A program made the translations under genes and the position numbers. The notes beneath the pieces were generated by a model. The model did no database searches. It was not told the DNA's origin and was given only the letters and a program-made list of their open reading frames with translations. From Alphaproteobacteria bacterium (GTDB taxonomy: Bacteria > Pseudomonadota > Alphaproteobacteria > SP197), in assembly GCA_964291415.2 (NCBI GenBank), contig OZ219918.1, positions 1,184,001 to 1,248,000 on the forward strand: 64,000 bases of DNA, given 5' to 3'. This document shows, piece by piece, positions 9,179 to 18,265 of this stretch. Position 1 is the first letter of the stretch; the number at the start of each line of letters is the position of its first letter.

Positions 9179-10180
9179 TCAGGCAAGTCCCTGGGCGCGC
9201 ATGACGCGCTTCATGTACTGCAGGAAAAGTGTGACGAGAATTGCCGAGATGGCAAAGATGATGATCGCGTAGGCAGCGGCTTCGCCGATCGCGAACTCTC
9301 GGATTCCGCGCTGGAAGGCAATGTAGGTCGGCAGTTCCGATGTCTGCGCCGGGCCCCCCGATGTCATGACATACACCAAATCGACGAACTTGAAGGCGTC
9401 CGTGAACCGCAGGATGAAGGCTATCGCGATGACTTCCTTCAGCATGGGAAGGGTGATGCGCCGCACCACCTTCCACTGGCTTGCGCCATCGACGCGTGCT
9501 GCTTCGTAGACCGCCGGGGGCAGGCTGACACGTCCGGAATAGATGATCAGCAACGGCAGCGCCGTCCAGTTCCACACGTCGGCAATGATGATCGACCACA
9601 GTGAAACACCGGCGTTGAACCACTCGATGTGGGCCGAGATCAGGCCGAGATCGAGGAGTGCCTGGTTGACGGCGCCGTTGGACGGCGTCAGCAGGAAGCG
9701 CCAGAGAACGCCGACGATCGAGGGTGGCAGCATCATCGGCAGGACCAGCAGAATCAGGATGATGGTGCGCCACAGGTTGGACTTGACGACTTCGTAGAGT
9801 GTCAGCGCCAGGACACAACCGAGGATGACCTGAAGTACGGCGCCGAATGAAAGGTACTGCACGAGGTGGACCAGGCTGTCCTGGAACCGCTCCGAACTGA
9901 ACACCGTGCCGTAGTTGGCAAATCCAATGTACTCGTGATTTCCGGTGAAGAGACCTGTGATGTTGGTGTCGCGCAGCGAGTGATAGAACATCCAGATGGT
10001 GGGGTAGACGACGATGGCGAAGAGAACGGCCACCGGCAGTCCGACCATGGCGATCGGCACCCAGCGGGCGACGATGAGAGGCCGCTGCCGCCGCTTGCCA
10101 TCGAACCAGTCGGGATAGGTCGAGGGGTCACCCCTGACGATCGCCTGGCGCACGCTCAACACTCCAGGAGGAACAGACAC
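9179..10180 (-). CDS. Carbohydrate ABC permease (MalF-like)
   Basis: VYEAARVDGAS EAA loop, IIIADVWNWT. Confidence 0.92.
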   Translation of the reverse strand: MSVPPGVLSVRQAIVRGDPSTYPDWFDGKRRQRPLIVARWVPIAMVGLPVAVLFAIVVYPTIWMFYHSLRDTNITGLFTGNHEYIGFANYGTVFSSERFQDSLVHLVQYLSFGAVLQVILGCVLALTLYEVVKSNLWRTIILILLVLPMMLPPSIVGVLWRFLLTPSNGAVNQALLDLGLISAHIEWFNAGVSLWSIIIADVWNWTALPLLIIYSGRVSLPPAVYEAARVDGASQWKVVRRITLPMLKEVIAIAFILRFTDAFKFVDLVYVMTSGGPAQTSELPTYIAFQRGIREFAIGEAAAYAIIIFAISAILVTLFLQYMKRVMRAQGLA

Positions 10181-10349
10181 ACCGGCCCGTCACGAGCCGG
10201 CGCCCGATCCTGATGCATGCAAACCAGACACTCCCGGCCATCAGGGACGGACGGGCGACGCTACACGAGATGCAGGCGGGCGTAAACGTCCTGATCGACC
10301 CTTCTCCGGCTATCCAGGTTCCGTCTCTCTCGCCACGAAACACGGCTCT

Positions 10350-10362
10350 GGACAGCCTGTCC
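10350..10362. promoter_or_regulatory. Palindrome in divergent promoter, possible operator
   Basis: GGACAG-C-CTGTCC between the ABC operon and mtnK. Confidence 0.35.
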
Positions 10363-10413
10363 GACTCTGGCGAATCTTCCCCGGGGACGGTTCAAGCGCG
10401 AGGAGACCATGGC

Positions 10414-11694
10414 GTGAACATTGAGGTGCCGGAGGTCTATGTGCCGCAGACGCCGGAGAGTCTGCCGGCACTGCTCGGCAGCGTTGCGGTGATCCGTGAC
10501 CTGCTTGGAGGTGCGCCCGACAGATGGGCCGTCGAGGAGGTTGGTGACGGCAATCTCAATCTGGTCTTCAAGGTGCGCGGCCCTGCCGGCGGCATTGCCG
10601 TCAAGCAGGCGCTCCCCTATGTCCGCCTGGTTGGCGAGAGCTGGCCTCTGCCCCTCACGCGGGCGCACTTCGAGCATCTCGCCCTTGTCCGTCAGGCCCG
10701 CCATGCTCCGGGGCTCACTCCGGCAGTTCTCCACTACGACGCCGACATGGCGCTTATCGTCATGGAACTCCTCGAGCCCCACATCATCATGCGCCACGGC
10801 ATGATCGACGGCGTTGTCTATCCGGCGTTTGCCGAGGCCGTGTCGACGTTTGCCGCCGCGACCCTGTTCCACACGTCGGACCTTGCCATGGCGGCAGCCG
10901 ACAAGAAGGAACTGGTGGCGGACTTCGCCGGCAACACCGCACTGTGCGGCATTACCGAAGACCTGATCTTCACCGAACCCTACATGGTTGCCGAGAACAA
11001 CCGGTGGACCTCGCCGCAACTCGACGGACTGGCGGCATCCATTCGCGCCGACTGCGATCTCAAGGTTGCCGTGTCGCGGCTCAAGGTGAAGTTCATGTCG
11101 TCGGCCGAGGCCATGATTCACGGAGATCTTCACACCGGCTCCATCATGGTGACGCAGACCGACACCCGGATCATCGATCCGGAGTTTGCCTTCGTCGGTC
11201 CGATGGGCTTCGACACCGGAGCCGTGATCGCCAACCTGTTGTTGAACTACTTCTCGCAGATTGGCCACGAGGACAACCCTGGCGCCAGGGATGCCTACCG
11301 AAACTGGGTGCTGGACAGCATCGAGGAGTTCTGGAACGGATTCCGTTCCCGGTTCCTCGCCCTGTGGCGGGACGAAGGGAAGGGCGATGCCTATCCGGCG
11401 GTTCTCTTCGACGATGCGGTGGCCCGCGTGCACCTGGCAAGCGAACAGGAACGCTACATGGCGGAACTGTTCCGGGACACGCTCGGGTTTGCGGCCGCCA
11501 AGATGATCCGCCGCATCCTCGGCCTTGCCCACAACATCGACCTCGAGAACATCGCCGATGCCGACGTGCGCGCCGCCGCCGAGTCCCGTGCCCTGGTGAT
11601 GGCGCGGGCCCTGATGACGGCACCCGATTCCTTTCCCTCGATCGAGGCCGTCACCGGCGCCGCCCGCCGGTGGAACGCAACGACGGTGATCTGA
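10414..11694 (+). CDS. mtnK: S-methyl-5-thioribose kinase
   Basis: EVGDGNLNLVF, KQALPYVR, ESWPL, HGDLHTGS, IDPEFAF; AGGAG RBS 8 nt before the GTG at 10414. Confidence 0.93.
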   Translation: MNIEVPEVYVPQTPESLPALLGSVAVIRDLLGGAPDRWAVEEVGDGNLNLVFKVRGPAGGIAVKQALPYVRLVGESWPLPLTRAHFEHLALVRQARHAPGLTPAVLHYDADMALIVMELLEPHIIMRHGMIDGVVYPAFAEAVSTFAAATLFHTSDLAMAAADKKELVADFAGNTALCGITEDLIFTEPYMVAENNRWTSPQLDGLAASIRADCDLKVAVSRLKVKFMSSAEAMIHGDLHTGSIMVTQTDTRIIDPEFAFVGPMGFDTGAVIANLLLNYFSQIGHEDNPGARDAYRNWVLDSIEEFWNGFRSRFLALWRDEGKGDAYPAVLFDDAVARVHLASEQERYMAELFRDTLGFAAAKMIRRILGLAHNIDLENIADADVRAAAESRALVMARALMTAPDSFPSIEAVTGAARRWNATTVI

Positions 11695-12631
11695 TGCGGG
11701 CGTCTTCGAAGTGACGGGAGAGAAACGCAGCGATCTCGCCGAGTGAACGCTCGGCCTCCGGCAGTTCGTCGTAGAACTCGAAGACGTGCCACAGGTCGTC
11801 CCAGACCCTGAGTTCGACCGGCGCCCCGACGCCGCGCAGGACCTGGGCAAGCTGCACGCACTGGCTCATGAGCAGATCGCGCGTGCCGGTGGTGATGATC
11901 GCCGGCGGGAAGGTCGCGTCCCAGTCGCTCCACAGCGGCGAGGCGTCCGGATCTTCGGGGTCGAGGCCGCCGCAGTACAAGCGGGCGGCCTGCCAGACCA
12001 GGTCCATCGCGAGAGTCGGGTCGCGGTCGTCGTTGGTGCGGTGACTGTCGCCGGCATGGGTGAGGTCGCACCAGGGCGACAGCAGGGCGGCCGCGACCGG
12101 CATCGCCTCTCCAGCGCGCCGCAGGCGCCGCAGGACAGAGAGGGCGGCGTTGCCTCCCGCCGATTCTCCAGCGATCGCCAGCGGACCGGTCCGCGGATCG
12201 CCGGCGAGCGCGGCGTGGACGGCCATGCCGTCGTCGATGGCCGCCGGACAGGGATGTTCGGGAGCCAGCCGGTAGGCGGGCGATACGACGCGTACGCCGC
12301 ACAGGGAGGCGAGAGCGGCGCTGATGATGAGGTCTTCCTCGGGGCTGCCGATGATGTATCCGCCACCGAAGAAGTAGAGGATCGTCCCCGGACCGCGGGA
12401 CTCCCGCGGCAGGATCTCGAGGCAGCGCACGCCGCCGTGGACGACGTCCGCCACCGAGGGCCCGAAGCGTTCCAGGACCCTGTCGATCCTCGGCTGGAAT
12501 GCTTCCAGGGTCTCCCTGCGCAGCGCCGGCACCTCCCCTGGCGCGATGTCGCCCACGGGCGTGCGGGGCGCCGTCTCCATGAAGTTGCGGGCGGCCGCGC
12601 TGCACAGCAGGTTCCTGTTCGATCGTGTCAC
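11651..12631 (-). CDS. Alpha/beta hydrolase (HSL-family esterase)
   Basis: YFFGGGY oxyanion region, GESAGG nucleophile, LSPWCD, LWHVF. Confidence 0.9.
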   Translation of the reverse strand: MTRSNRNLLCSAAARNFMETAPRTPVGDIAPGEVPALRRETLEAFQPRIDRVLERFGPSVADVVHGGVRCLEILPRESRGPGTILYFFGGGYIIGSPEEDLIISAALASLCGVRVVSPAYRLAPEHPCPAAIDDGMAVHAALAGDPRTGPLAIAGESAGGNAALSVLRRLRRAGEAMPVAAALLSPWCDLTHAGDSHRTNDDRDPTLAMDLVWQAARLYCGGLDPEDPDASPLWSDWDATFPPAIITTGTRDLLMSQCVQLAQVLRGVGAPVELRVWDDLWHVFEFYDELPEAERSLGEIAAFLSRHFEDARIRSPSLRSTGGRRR

Positions 12632-14280
12632 CGGGATCCTCCCCGCCTCGGTCTGTGGACGGGCGTTTCGTCCGCGGCCAGCGGACTCTTGCCGGCAACG
12701 GCATCGGCGATTTTCTCGGCCAGCATCAGCACCGGCGCGTTGAGATTGGCGGTAACGTTGTGGGGCATGATCGAGGCGTCAACGACCCGCAGCGCTTCCG
12801 TGCCGTGGACCCGGCCCTCGTGGTCGGTCACCGAATCGTCGCCCGTGCCCATCCGGCACGATGAGCAGGGGTGGAACTCCGTGGTGCCCTCCTCCGCGAG
12901 CCAGGCGAGGATTTCCGCATGGCTCTGGACGTGGCGGCCGGGGACCGACTCCTCGCCACGCCAGGGGTCGAAGGCCGGCTGCGCCGCCATGGTGCGCGTG
13001 CGCTTCAGGCCCTCGGTCATGGCTCGCCGGTCGTCCTCGTGATCGAGATAGTTGAAGAGGATCGCGGGGTGCTGCCGAGGGTCGGCCGACTTCAGCCAGA
13101 CCCGGCCACGGCTCGCGGGGCGCATGAGGCCCATCGAGAACATGAACCCCGGATCCACGCTGGCGTGATCGCCACCGGAGTAGCCGGTCATGGCGTAGAA
13201 CTCGTGCTGCAGGTCGCAGTAATCCGCGGCGTCGGAACTCGCGAAGAAGCAGCCCGTCTCGGTGAGCGTCGAGGCCCCGGGGCCGCGCTTCCGGACAAGC
13301 CAATCCAATCCCATTGCCAGGCGCCGCAAGCCGGTGAAGTGATGGGAGACCGAAAGCGGCCGCTTCTCCCGGTAGCTCACCTGCACGATGATGTGATCCT
13401 CGAGATTGCGCCCCACGTCCGGGACATCCGCCACGAGCGGGATGCCGTGCTCGGCGAGGTGCGCAGGATCGCCGATGCCCGACAGGAGCAGGATCTGCGG
13501 CGAGTTGATGGCGCCGCCTGCGACGATCACTTCCCGGTCGGCATCGAAGCGGGAGACTCCGCTCCCGGTCTCCGCCTCGACACCCACCGCCCGCCTGCCG
13601 TCGAAGACGATCCGGCGGACGAGTGCCCCGGTGACGAGATCGAGGTTCGCCCGTCCGAGGGCCGGCCTCAGGAAGGCCGAGGCCGCGCTCCAGCGGCGGC
13701 CCTGGCGCGTGAAGCTCTGGGCCACGTGAAATCCCTCGTGCCGCTGGCCGTTCTGGTCCCCGGTGATGGCGTAGCCGGCCTCTTCACCGGCCTTCAGGAA
13801 GGCCTCGTCGTAGGGATGATCGGCCCGGCAGGTCTCGATATGCTGCGGCCCCGAGTCGCCGCGCCAGGAATCGGCGCCGCGATCGAAGGTCTCGCTCTTG
13901 CGGAAGTAGGGAAGGCAATGGGCGAAAGACCAGCCGGCGAGACCCTCGGCGGCCCATTGGTCGTAGTCCAGGGGATTGCCGCGGTTGGCGACCATGCCGT
14001 TGATCGAGGACGATCCGCCCACCACGCGGCCCCGGTGAGCGAGCACCCCGCGGCCTCCCAGACCGGGTTCGGGCTCGCCGACATAGCCCCAGCCGAAACG
14101 GGGATCGCGGGCCGCCAGCGGTGCCGCGGCGGGCATGGCAATGGCGAACGCCCTGTCGGAACCTCCCGCCTCGAGCAGGAGCACTGACGCTCCGGGGTCC
14201 TCGCTGAGGCGCGCTGCCAGTACGCATCCGGCGGTTCCCGCACCGATAACGATGTAGTCGTAACACGTGGATCGTGTCAT
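12628..14280 (-). CDS. GMC oxidoreductase (choline dehydrogenase-like)
   Basis: GAGTAG, GGSSSINGM, GAINSPQILLLSGIG, VVDASIMP, NLNAP. Confidence 0.92.
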   Translation of the reverse strand: MTRSTCYDYIVIGAGTAGCVLAARLSEDPGASVLLLEAGGSDRAFAIAMPAAAPLAARDPRFGWGYVGEPEPGLGGRGVLAHRGRVVGGSSSINGMVANRGNPLDYDQWAAEGLAGWSFAHCLPYFRKSETFDRGADSWRGDSGPQHIETCRADHPYDEAFLKAGEEAGYAITGDQNGQRHEGFHVAQSFTRQGRRWSAASAFLRPALGRANLDLVTGALVRRIVFDGRRAVGVEAETGSGVSRFDADREVIVAGGAINSPQILLLSGIGDPAHLAEHGIPLVADVPDVGRNLEDHIIVQVSYREKRPLSVSHHFTGLRRLAMGLDWLVRKRGPGASTLTETGCFFASSDAADYCDLQHEFYAMTGYSGGDHASVDPGFMFSMGLMRPASRGRVWLKSADPRQHPAILFNYLDHEDDRRAMTEGLKRTRTMAAQPAFDPWRGEESVPGRHVQSHAEILAWLAEEGTTEFHPCSSCRMGTGDDSVTDHEGRVHGTEALRVVDASIMPHNVTANLNAPVLMLAEKIADAVAGKSPLAADETPVHRPRRGGSR

Positions 14281-14315
14281 GGCTGGCTATTCACCCCTGG
14301 AGGAAGGGACGGCGG

Positions 14316-14501
14316 TCACATCGTCACGTCGTTGCGGCATTTGATGACGAATTCGGCGACAGGGGCGTTGTTGGAGGGGCAGGCAGGGTGGTCGGCGACG
14401 TCGCCCGGCTTCTTCAAGCCGTCACGCGGGATAATCTCGACATCGACGGCCAGGCCGGTGGCCACGAGCGTCGCTATCGCGCAGCCGGCAATGTTGACGA
14501 C
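14316..14501 (-). pseudogene. Deleted relic of SDR (homolog of 31195-31908)
   Basis: ...VAEFVIKCRNDVTM vs IAELVVNCRNDVTL in the intact copy. Confidence 0.8.
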
Positions 14502-14635
14502 TTCCTCGAGGGAGGCGCCCTGCCAGTGACCGTCGCTACCATCGCGGTCGCGATACGTCAGCACCCTGCTGTTCCGGCAGAGCGAGGGCGTTACAGAGGA
14601 CCGCATGTACTGGAAGGTCCCGGCGCGAACCATTG
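14502..14635 (-). pseudogene. N-terminal relic of CmcJ/NvfI-like gene (homolog of 31927-32895)
   Basis: PSLCRNSRVLTYRDRDGSDGHWQGASLEE vs PSLYRNGKVLTRRDRDGSDDHWVGVDLEE. Confidence 0.8.
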
Positions 14636-14645
14636 CCGGCGCACG

Positions 14646-15195
14646 TTGCTTCATCTGTTCGCCGATGTCCCTGTCGCCCGCTGCCAGCGGACATTATCCC
14701 TCACCGCACCGCAACGCCAGCGCACCATCGGCGCCGGCCAGCTACAGAGACGCGCAGGGAACCTCTTGCCGCCCCAATTGGGTCGACCGCTGCCAGCCGT
14801 CCGCCGCGCTGCATCTTCCGGGTACGGACTGCATGCTTGCCAAGGCGGACTACTTCGCCCGTGGGCAGAAACGCGGCCTTCACGGCCGTCAACCGGAGCG
14901 CAGCCCTGCCGGCGCTGAAAGACGGGGAGCGGGTGTGCTGGAAATCGAACGCCATCCTTCAGTATGCCGCCGGGTTCGCCGGCGAGACGGACAACGTCCA
15001 CAAGCTCACTGGTCTCCTCGTCGCCCGCCTCGGGATGCAGCTGCGGCGGCGCCCATGCATCGTCACGAATGGGCCGAGCTGCCGCTCTCCGGTCCCCCGT
15101 CTCTGGTCCGCCGGATGACGGAGTGGATCGAGCGGCCACCGTGTCGAAAGGCGACGGACGCAGGTGTCGGCTTCACCGTGGGCGAGGCTGCCTGA
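14646..15195 (+). pseudogene. Frameshifted relic of glutathione S-transferase (homolog of 32976-33620)
   Basis: Fragments LFAD, AALPALKDGERVCWKSNAILQYAA and MHRHEWAELPL...GFTVGEAA lie in different frames. Confidence 0.8.
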
Positions 15196-15201
15196 GGAGC
15201 G

Positions 15202-16119
15202 TCAGTCTGTCGGCAGGACTCCGGGCGGCGGCGGCACCGCCTCGCATTTGAGCCAGTGGACCCGTTCGCGGTACGCGCGGTCGAGTTCGGGGTCGTTGCG
15301 CGGCCCTGGCGGACCGCCTGGTTCCTCGAGGAGGTGGTGCGGGTTGCGGCCGTTGACCGCGCCCATGAACGGGGCTCCGAAGTCGTAGCCGACAAGCCTC
15401 TGCAGTTGTTCGGGCAGTTCCCGAGCCTTGTCGGGAGGCAGGGTCAGGAACTGGTTTTCCTGCTGGCGCAGCCAGCCCAGCGCAAGGTTGATCGCAACGG
15501 CGGTGCGCGGCCGCGCCGAGGCGTTGGCGCCGCCGCCGTGAATCAGGCTGTGGGCATAGATGATAGCCGCCCCGGCGGGCATCTCCGCCACCTCGATCTC
15601 GTCGGCGCGGGGACGGCGTTCCTCGTCCCACAGGTGGCTTCCCGGAACGATGCGTGTGGCGCCGTTCTCGCGGGTGAACTCGGTTACGGCCCACAGCGAA
15701 CCCTGCTGCGTTATCGGACCCGGATTGCGAAAGGGGTAGAAGAAGGCGTCCCTGTGGAGAGCCTGGGCGGTCTCTCCGGGAAGCAGGTGCATGGTGCCGG
15801 TGTAAGTGATCTGGTAGCGCGCGCACCACGGCAGGAGGATGTGGTCCGCGGCGCCGAGAAGGATGGGATGGAGCGCCATCGCGCGCGTGGTAGGCGCGCG
15901 CATGAAGAGATTGTTGAGACGCTGGGTCCGGGCTCCCAGGAAATCGCTCTCGCCCGTCGCCTGGCCGGCGAGCCCGCGGTCGAGCTCCCCACGCAGGGAG
16001 GTGAGGTCGCCGGCGCCGATCATGTTCTCGATGATGGCATAGCCATGCTGCTCGATGGCGCGTCCGACCTCCCCGCCGTCGGTGGATCGTGCATCGAACC
16101 TTGCTGCAACCGACATCAA
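15202..16119 (-). CDS. Phytanoyl-CoA dioxygenase (PhyH) family Fe/2OG enzyme
   Basis: ALHRD, ENGATRIVPGSHLWD, IHGGGAN, WLRQQENQFL. Confidence 0.9.
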   Translation of the reverse strand: MMSVAARFDARSTDGGEVGRAIEQHGYAIIENMIGAGDLTSLRGELDRGLAGQATGESDFLGARTQRLNNLFMRAPTTRAMALHPILLGAADHILLPWCARYQITYTGTMHLLPGETAQALHRDAFFYPFRNPGPITQQGSLWAVTEFTRENGATRIVPGSHLWDEERRPRADEIEVAEMPAGAAIIYAHSLIHGGGANASARPRTAVAINLALGWLRQQENQFLTLPPDKARELPEQLQRLVGYDFGAPFMGAVNGRNPHHLLEEPGGPPGPRNDPELDRAYRERVHWLKCEAVPPPPGVLPTD

Positions 16120-16165
16120 TGGACCTCCGCGCAGCTGCGCGGGGCAGTCTCCCTGTCCTCCGATT

Positions 16166-16330
16166 GGGACTTACATCGAGAAGTTGGCGGCGTCATGCCG
16201 CCATCCTCCGATCGATTTCGCGGTTCACAGGCCCGGTAACCCGGCAACCTCCCCGCGCAGATGCCTCAGTCCCCGAGGCCAGGATGTTCGCCGCTGCATT
16301 GAGGTCGGCGTGATCCGCATGGCCACAGGC
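16166..16330 (-). ncRNA. Putative omegaRNA scaffold overlapping the tnpB 3' end (boundaries approximate)
   Basis: Hairpins GCCTCG/TGAGGC, CGCGG/CCGCG and TGGCGGC-atgac-GCCGCCA at the position where TnpB omegaRNAs normally lie. Confidence 0.45.
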
Positions 16331-17392
16331 CACGCATTGAAACAGGTCCCGCGTCCTGCGTGATTGGGCGCTTGTGACGCCGCACGCTGCACAGGTCTGG
16401 CTGCTGTAGGCCGGGTTCACCGCGATGACGCGGCAAGCCTTGTAGTCCAGCATTCTCCGGAACGACGACCAGCCCGTCTCCAGGATGACGCGGTTGAGAC
16501 CCGCCTTGGACCGCACGTGGCGTCCCGGCTCCTCCTTCGTGCCCCTGGCGCTGCGGGTCATGGTGCGGACCTTCAGATCCTCGACCACCACCGTCCCCGC
16601 TTCATCCGCCAGCCGGCGGCTGACATGGTGCTGCCAGTCATGGCGCTTCATGGCCATGTGCCGGGTGGTTTTCGCCAGACGTCGCCGCGTCTTCTCCCGG
16701 CGCCTGCTGCCACGTTGCTGCCGCGCCAGTTGCTTGGCGTAGCGCCGGGCGCGGGCCTCGAGACGCCGGCTCCTCTCCAGACGCATGATCTCCCCGTCCG
16801 AGGTCGCCACTGCACCTGCATTCATGTCCACGCCGACGGCATGGCCGTTGTCGTCGGATTCCGGCAGCGACACCGCATGGCATACCACCGCCTTCCAGCG
16901 TCCCTCCTCGCGCTTGAGGACCGCACTCACCGGCGTGCCCTGCGGCCAGGGATTGCCGCCCCGGCGGCGGATGGTCAGCCAGCCCACACCGGGGATGCGC
17001 AGGCGGTTGCCTTCAACCCTGACGCCGGAGACCACGGAAAGGCTGTTGAAATGCCGGCGTCCCTGGAACCGGGGGAACCCGGCCCCACCCTGCTTCACCC
17101 GCCGGAAGAAGCCCTTGAAGGCATGATCGAGGCGCTTGAGCGTCCCACGCTGGATGGCCACCGGCACCACAGCCATCTCCGGCAGGGCCTTGCGGCAACG
17201 GGTCAGGGACTTCGCCTGATCGAAGTAGGTGAGTGACTTACCAGTCTTCCGGAAGCAGTCGATCCGTTCTTCCAGCGCCGCGTTGTAGAGCTGGCGCTGT
17301 GCATCGAGCATGGCGTCCAGCCGCCGCCAGGTGTTGCGCTTCTCGGGCAGCAGGCGAAAGGTGATCTGTCGATGGGTGACAGAGGACGGCAT
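16193..17392 (-). CDS. tnpB: RNA-guided endonuclease TnpB
   Basis: HTH N-terminus (RQLYNAAL), RuvC-I VGVDMN, RuvC-II VVVEDL, zinc ribbon CAAC/CVAC, RuvC-III HADLNAAANI. Confidence 0.95.
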   Translation of the reverse strand: MPSSVTHRQITFRLLPEKRNTWRRLDAMLDAQRQLYNAALEERIDCFRKTGKSLTYFDQAKSLTRCRKALPEMAVVPVAIQRGTLKRLDHAFKGFFRRVKQGGAGFPRFQGRRHFNSLSVVSGVRVEGNRLRIPGVGWLTIRRRGGNPWPQGTPVSAVLKREEGRWKAVVCHAVSLPESDDNGHAVGVDMNAGAVATSDGEIMRLERSRRLEARARRYAKQLARQQRGSRRREKTRRRLAKTTRHMAMKRHDWQHHVSRRLADEAGTVVVEDLKVRTMTRSARGTKEEPGRHVRSKAGLNRVILETGWSSFRRMLDYKACRVIAVNPAYSSQTCAACGVTSAQSRRTRDLFQCVACGHADHADLNAAANILASGTEASARGGCRVTGPVNREIDRRMAA

Positions 17393-17433
17393 GTGGGAAC
17401 TCCGGTGTTACAGGCACTGATTTACGACACGAA

Positions 17434-17462
17434 ATCATACCGATAACACCACTGGATGTCAA
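17434..17462 (-). promoter_or_regulatory. Sigma70-type promoter of tnpB
   Basis: Minus strand TTGACA-N17-TATGAT, 41 nt upstream of the ATG. Confidence 0.75.
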
Positions 17463-17573
17463 GTCGATTCTGTCAAGTTCAGTATGTAATCCCCTCCGAT
17501 TCGCCGTCAATCTCCCCGAGACGCAGGACCCCGCGGCGGCCCCAGCGGGATTGAAAGGAGAGGGACCGTCCAT

Positions 17574-18200
17574 GTGCCGGGTTCGGCATCTGTGCGTTCG
17601 CCTTGTCGGCTGCCGCCGCTCAACGGTCTCGGCATTGCCATGATCCTGCTTGCTGCGACAGGCCTCGGCCTGGAGACGGACCGGACCATCCATGAGCACT
17701 TCAGCCGGTCTTTCGCATCGCGTTCGCCGTCGCCGCTCCGCGCGACGGGCGCTGTCTCGGCGACGGCTGGAGATCCTTCGACATCATCGTCCTCGTCCGG
17801 GCCTTCGTTTCGGATGCATGCGAACTCGCTCTCATGGCGCGTCTGGCGAGACTCCTGAGGGTGCTGCGCGTCGTGATCGCGGTCTCCCGGCTGCGCCTTG
17901 TCGTCTCGACCCTGGTCCGTTCGCTGCCGGAGCTGGGCCATGACATGCTGCCGCTGTTCGTCATCTGCTGCGTTTGCGGCATCGCCGACGTGCAGCTCTT
18001 CGGCTCGTGCGACACGGTGCACCGGTTTCCTCCCGGTCCGGAAGCGCCAACGCAGTCGTCTCCTTGTGGACGTCCAGACCTGTGTATGATCTATACTCGG
18101 CCGTCACCGGCTCTCCTCGATGTGGTTCTGTGTTCAGCGGTACTCCGACATCGAGCATGGTCCGCGATCCTCGAGGCCAGGGCGGGTCAGTCCATGATGC
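17574..18200 (+). pseudogene. Degraded voltage-gated ion channel (Ion_trans, BacNav-like)
   Basis: LGLETD (S1), DGWRSFDIIV (S3), ARLARLLRVLRV (S4 arginine repeat), LRLVVSTLVRSLP; frameshifted, pore region lost. Confidence 0.7.
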
Positions 18201-18265
18201 CTGAGCAGAGGCAAGGCCGCCCTCATGAGTGCGGGAACTCTCAGGCGGTGGCGGGGGAGCATGCA

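Larger units (their letters stand above)
16166..17494 (-). mobile_element. TnpB-only element bounded by imperfect 25-bp TIRs and a 7-8 bp TSD
   Basis: Ends GGGACTTACATCGAGAAGTTGGCGG vs reverse complement GGGGATTACATACTGAACTTGACAG (17/25); (C)TCCGATT on both flanks (16158-16165, 17494-17501); no transposase. Confidence 0.75.

Noticed and set aside
10409-10417. ATG-GCG-TGA mini-ORF at the mtnK RBS as a regulatory uORF
   Set aside because: The in-frame GTG at 10414 is well spaced from the same RBS; no further evidence.
11651-11694. 44-bp convergent overlap of mtnK and the esterase
   Set aside because: Short tail-to-tail overlaps are common in GC-rich genomes.
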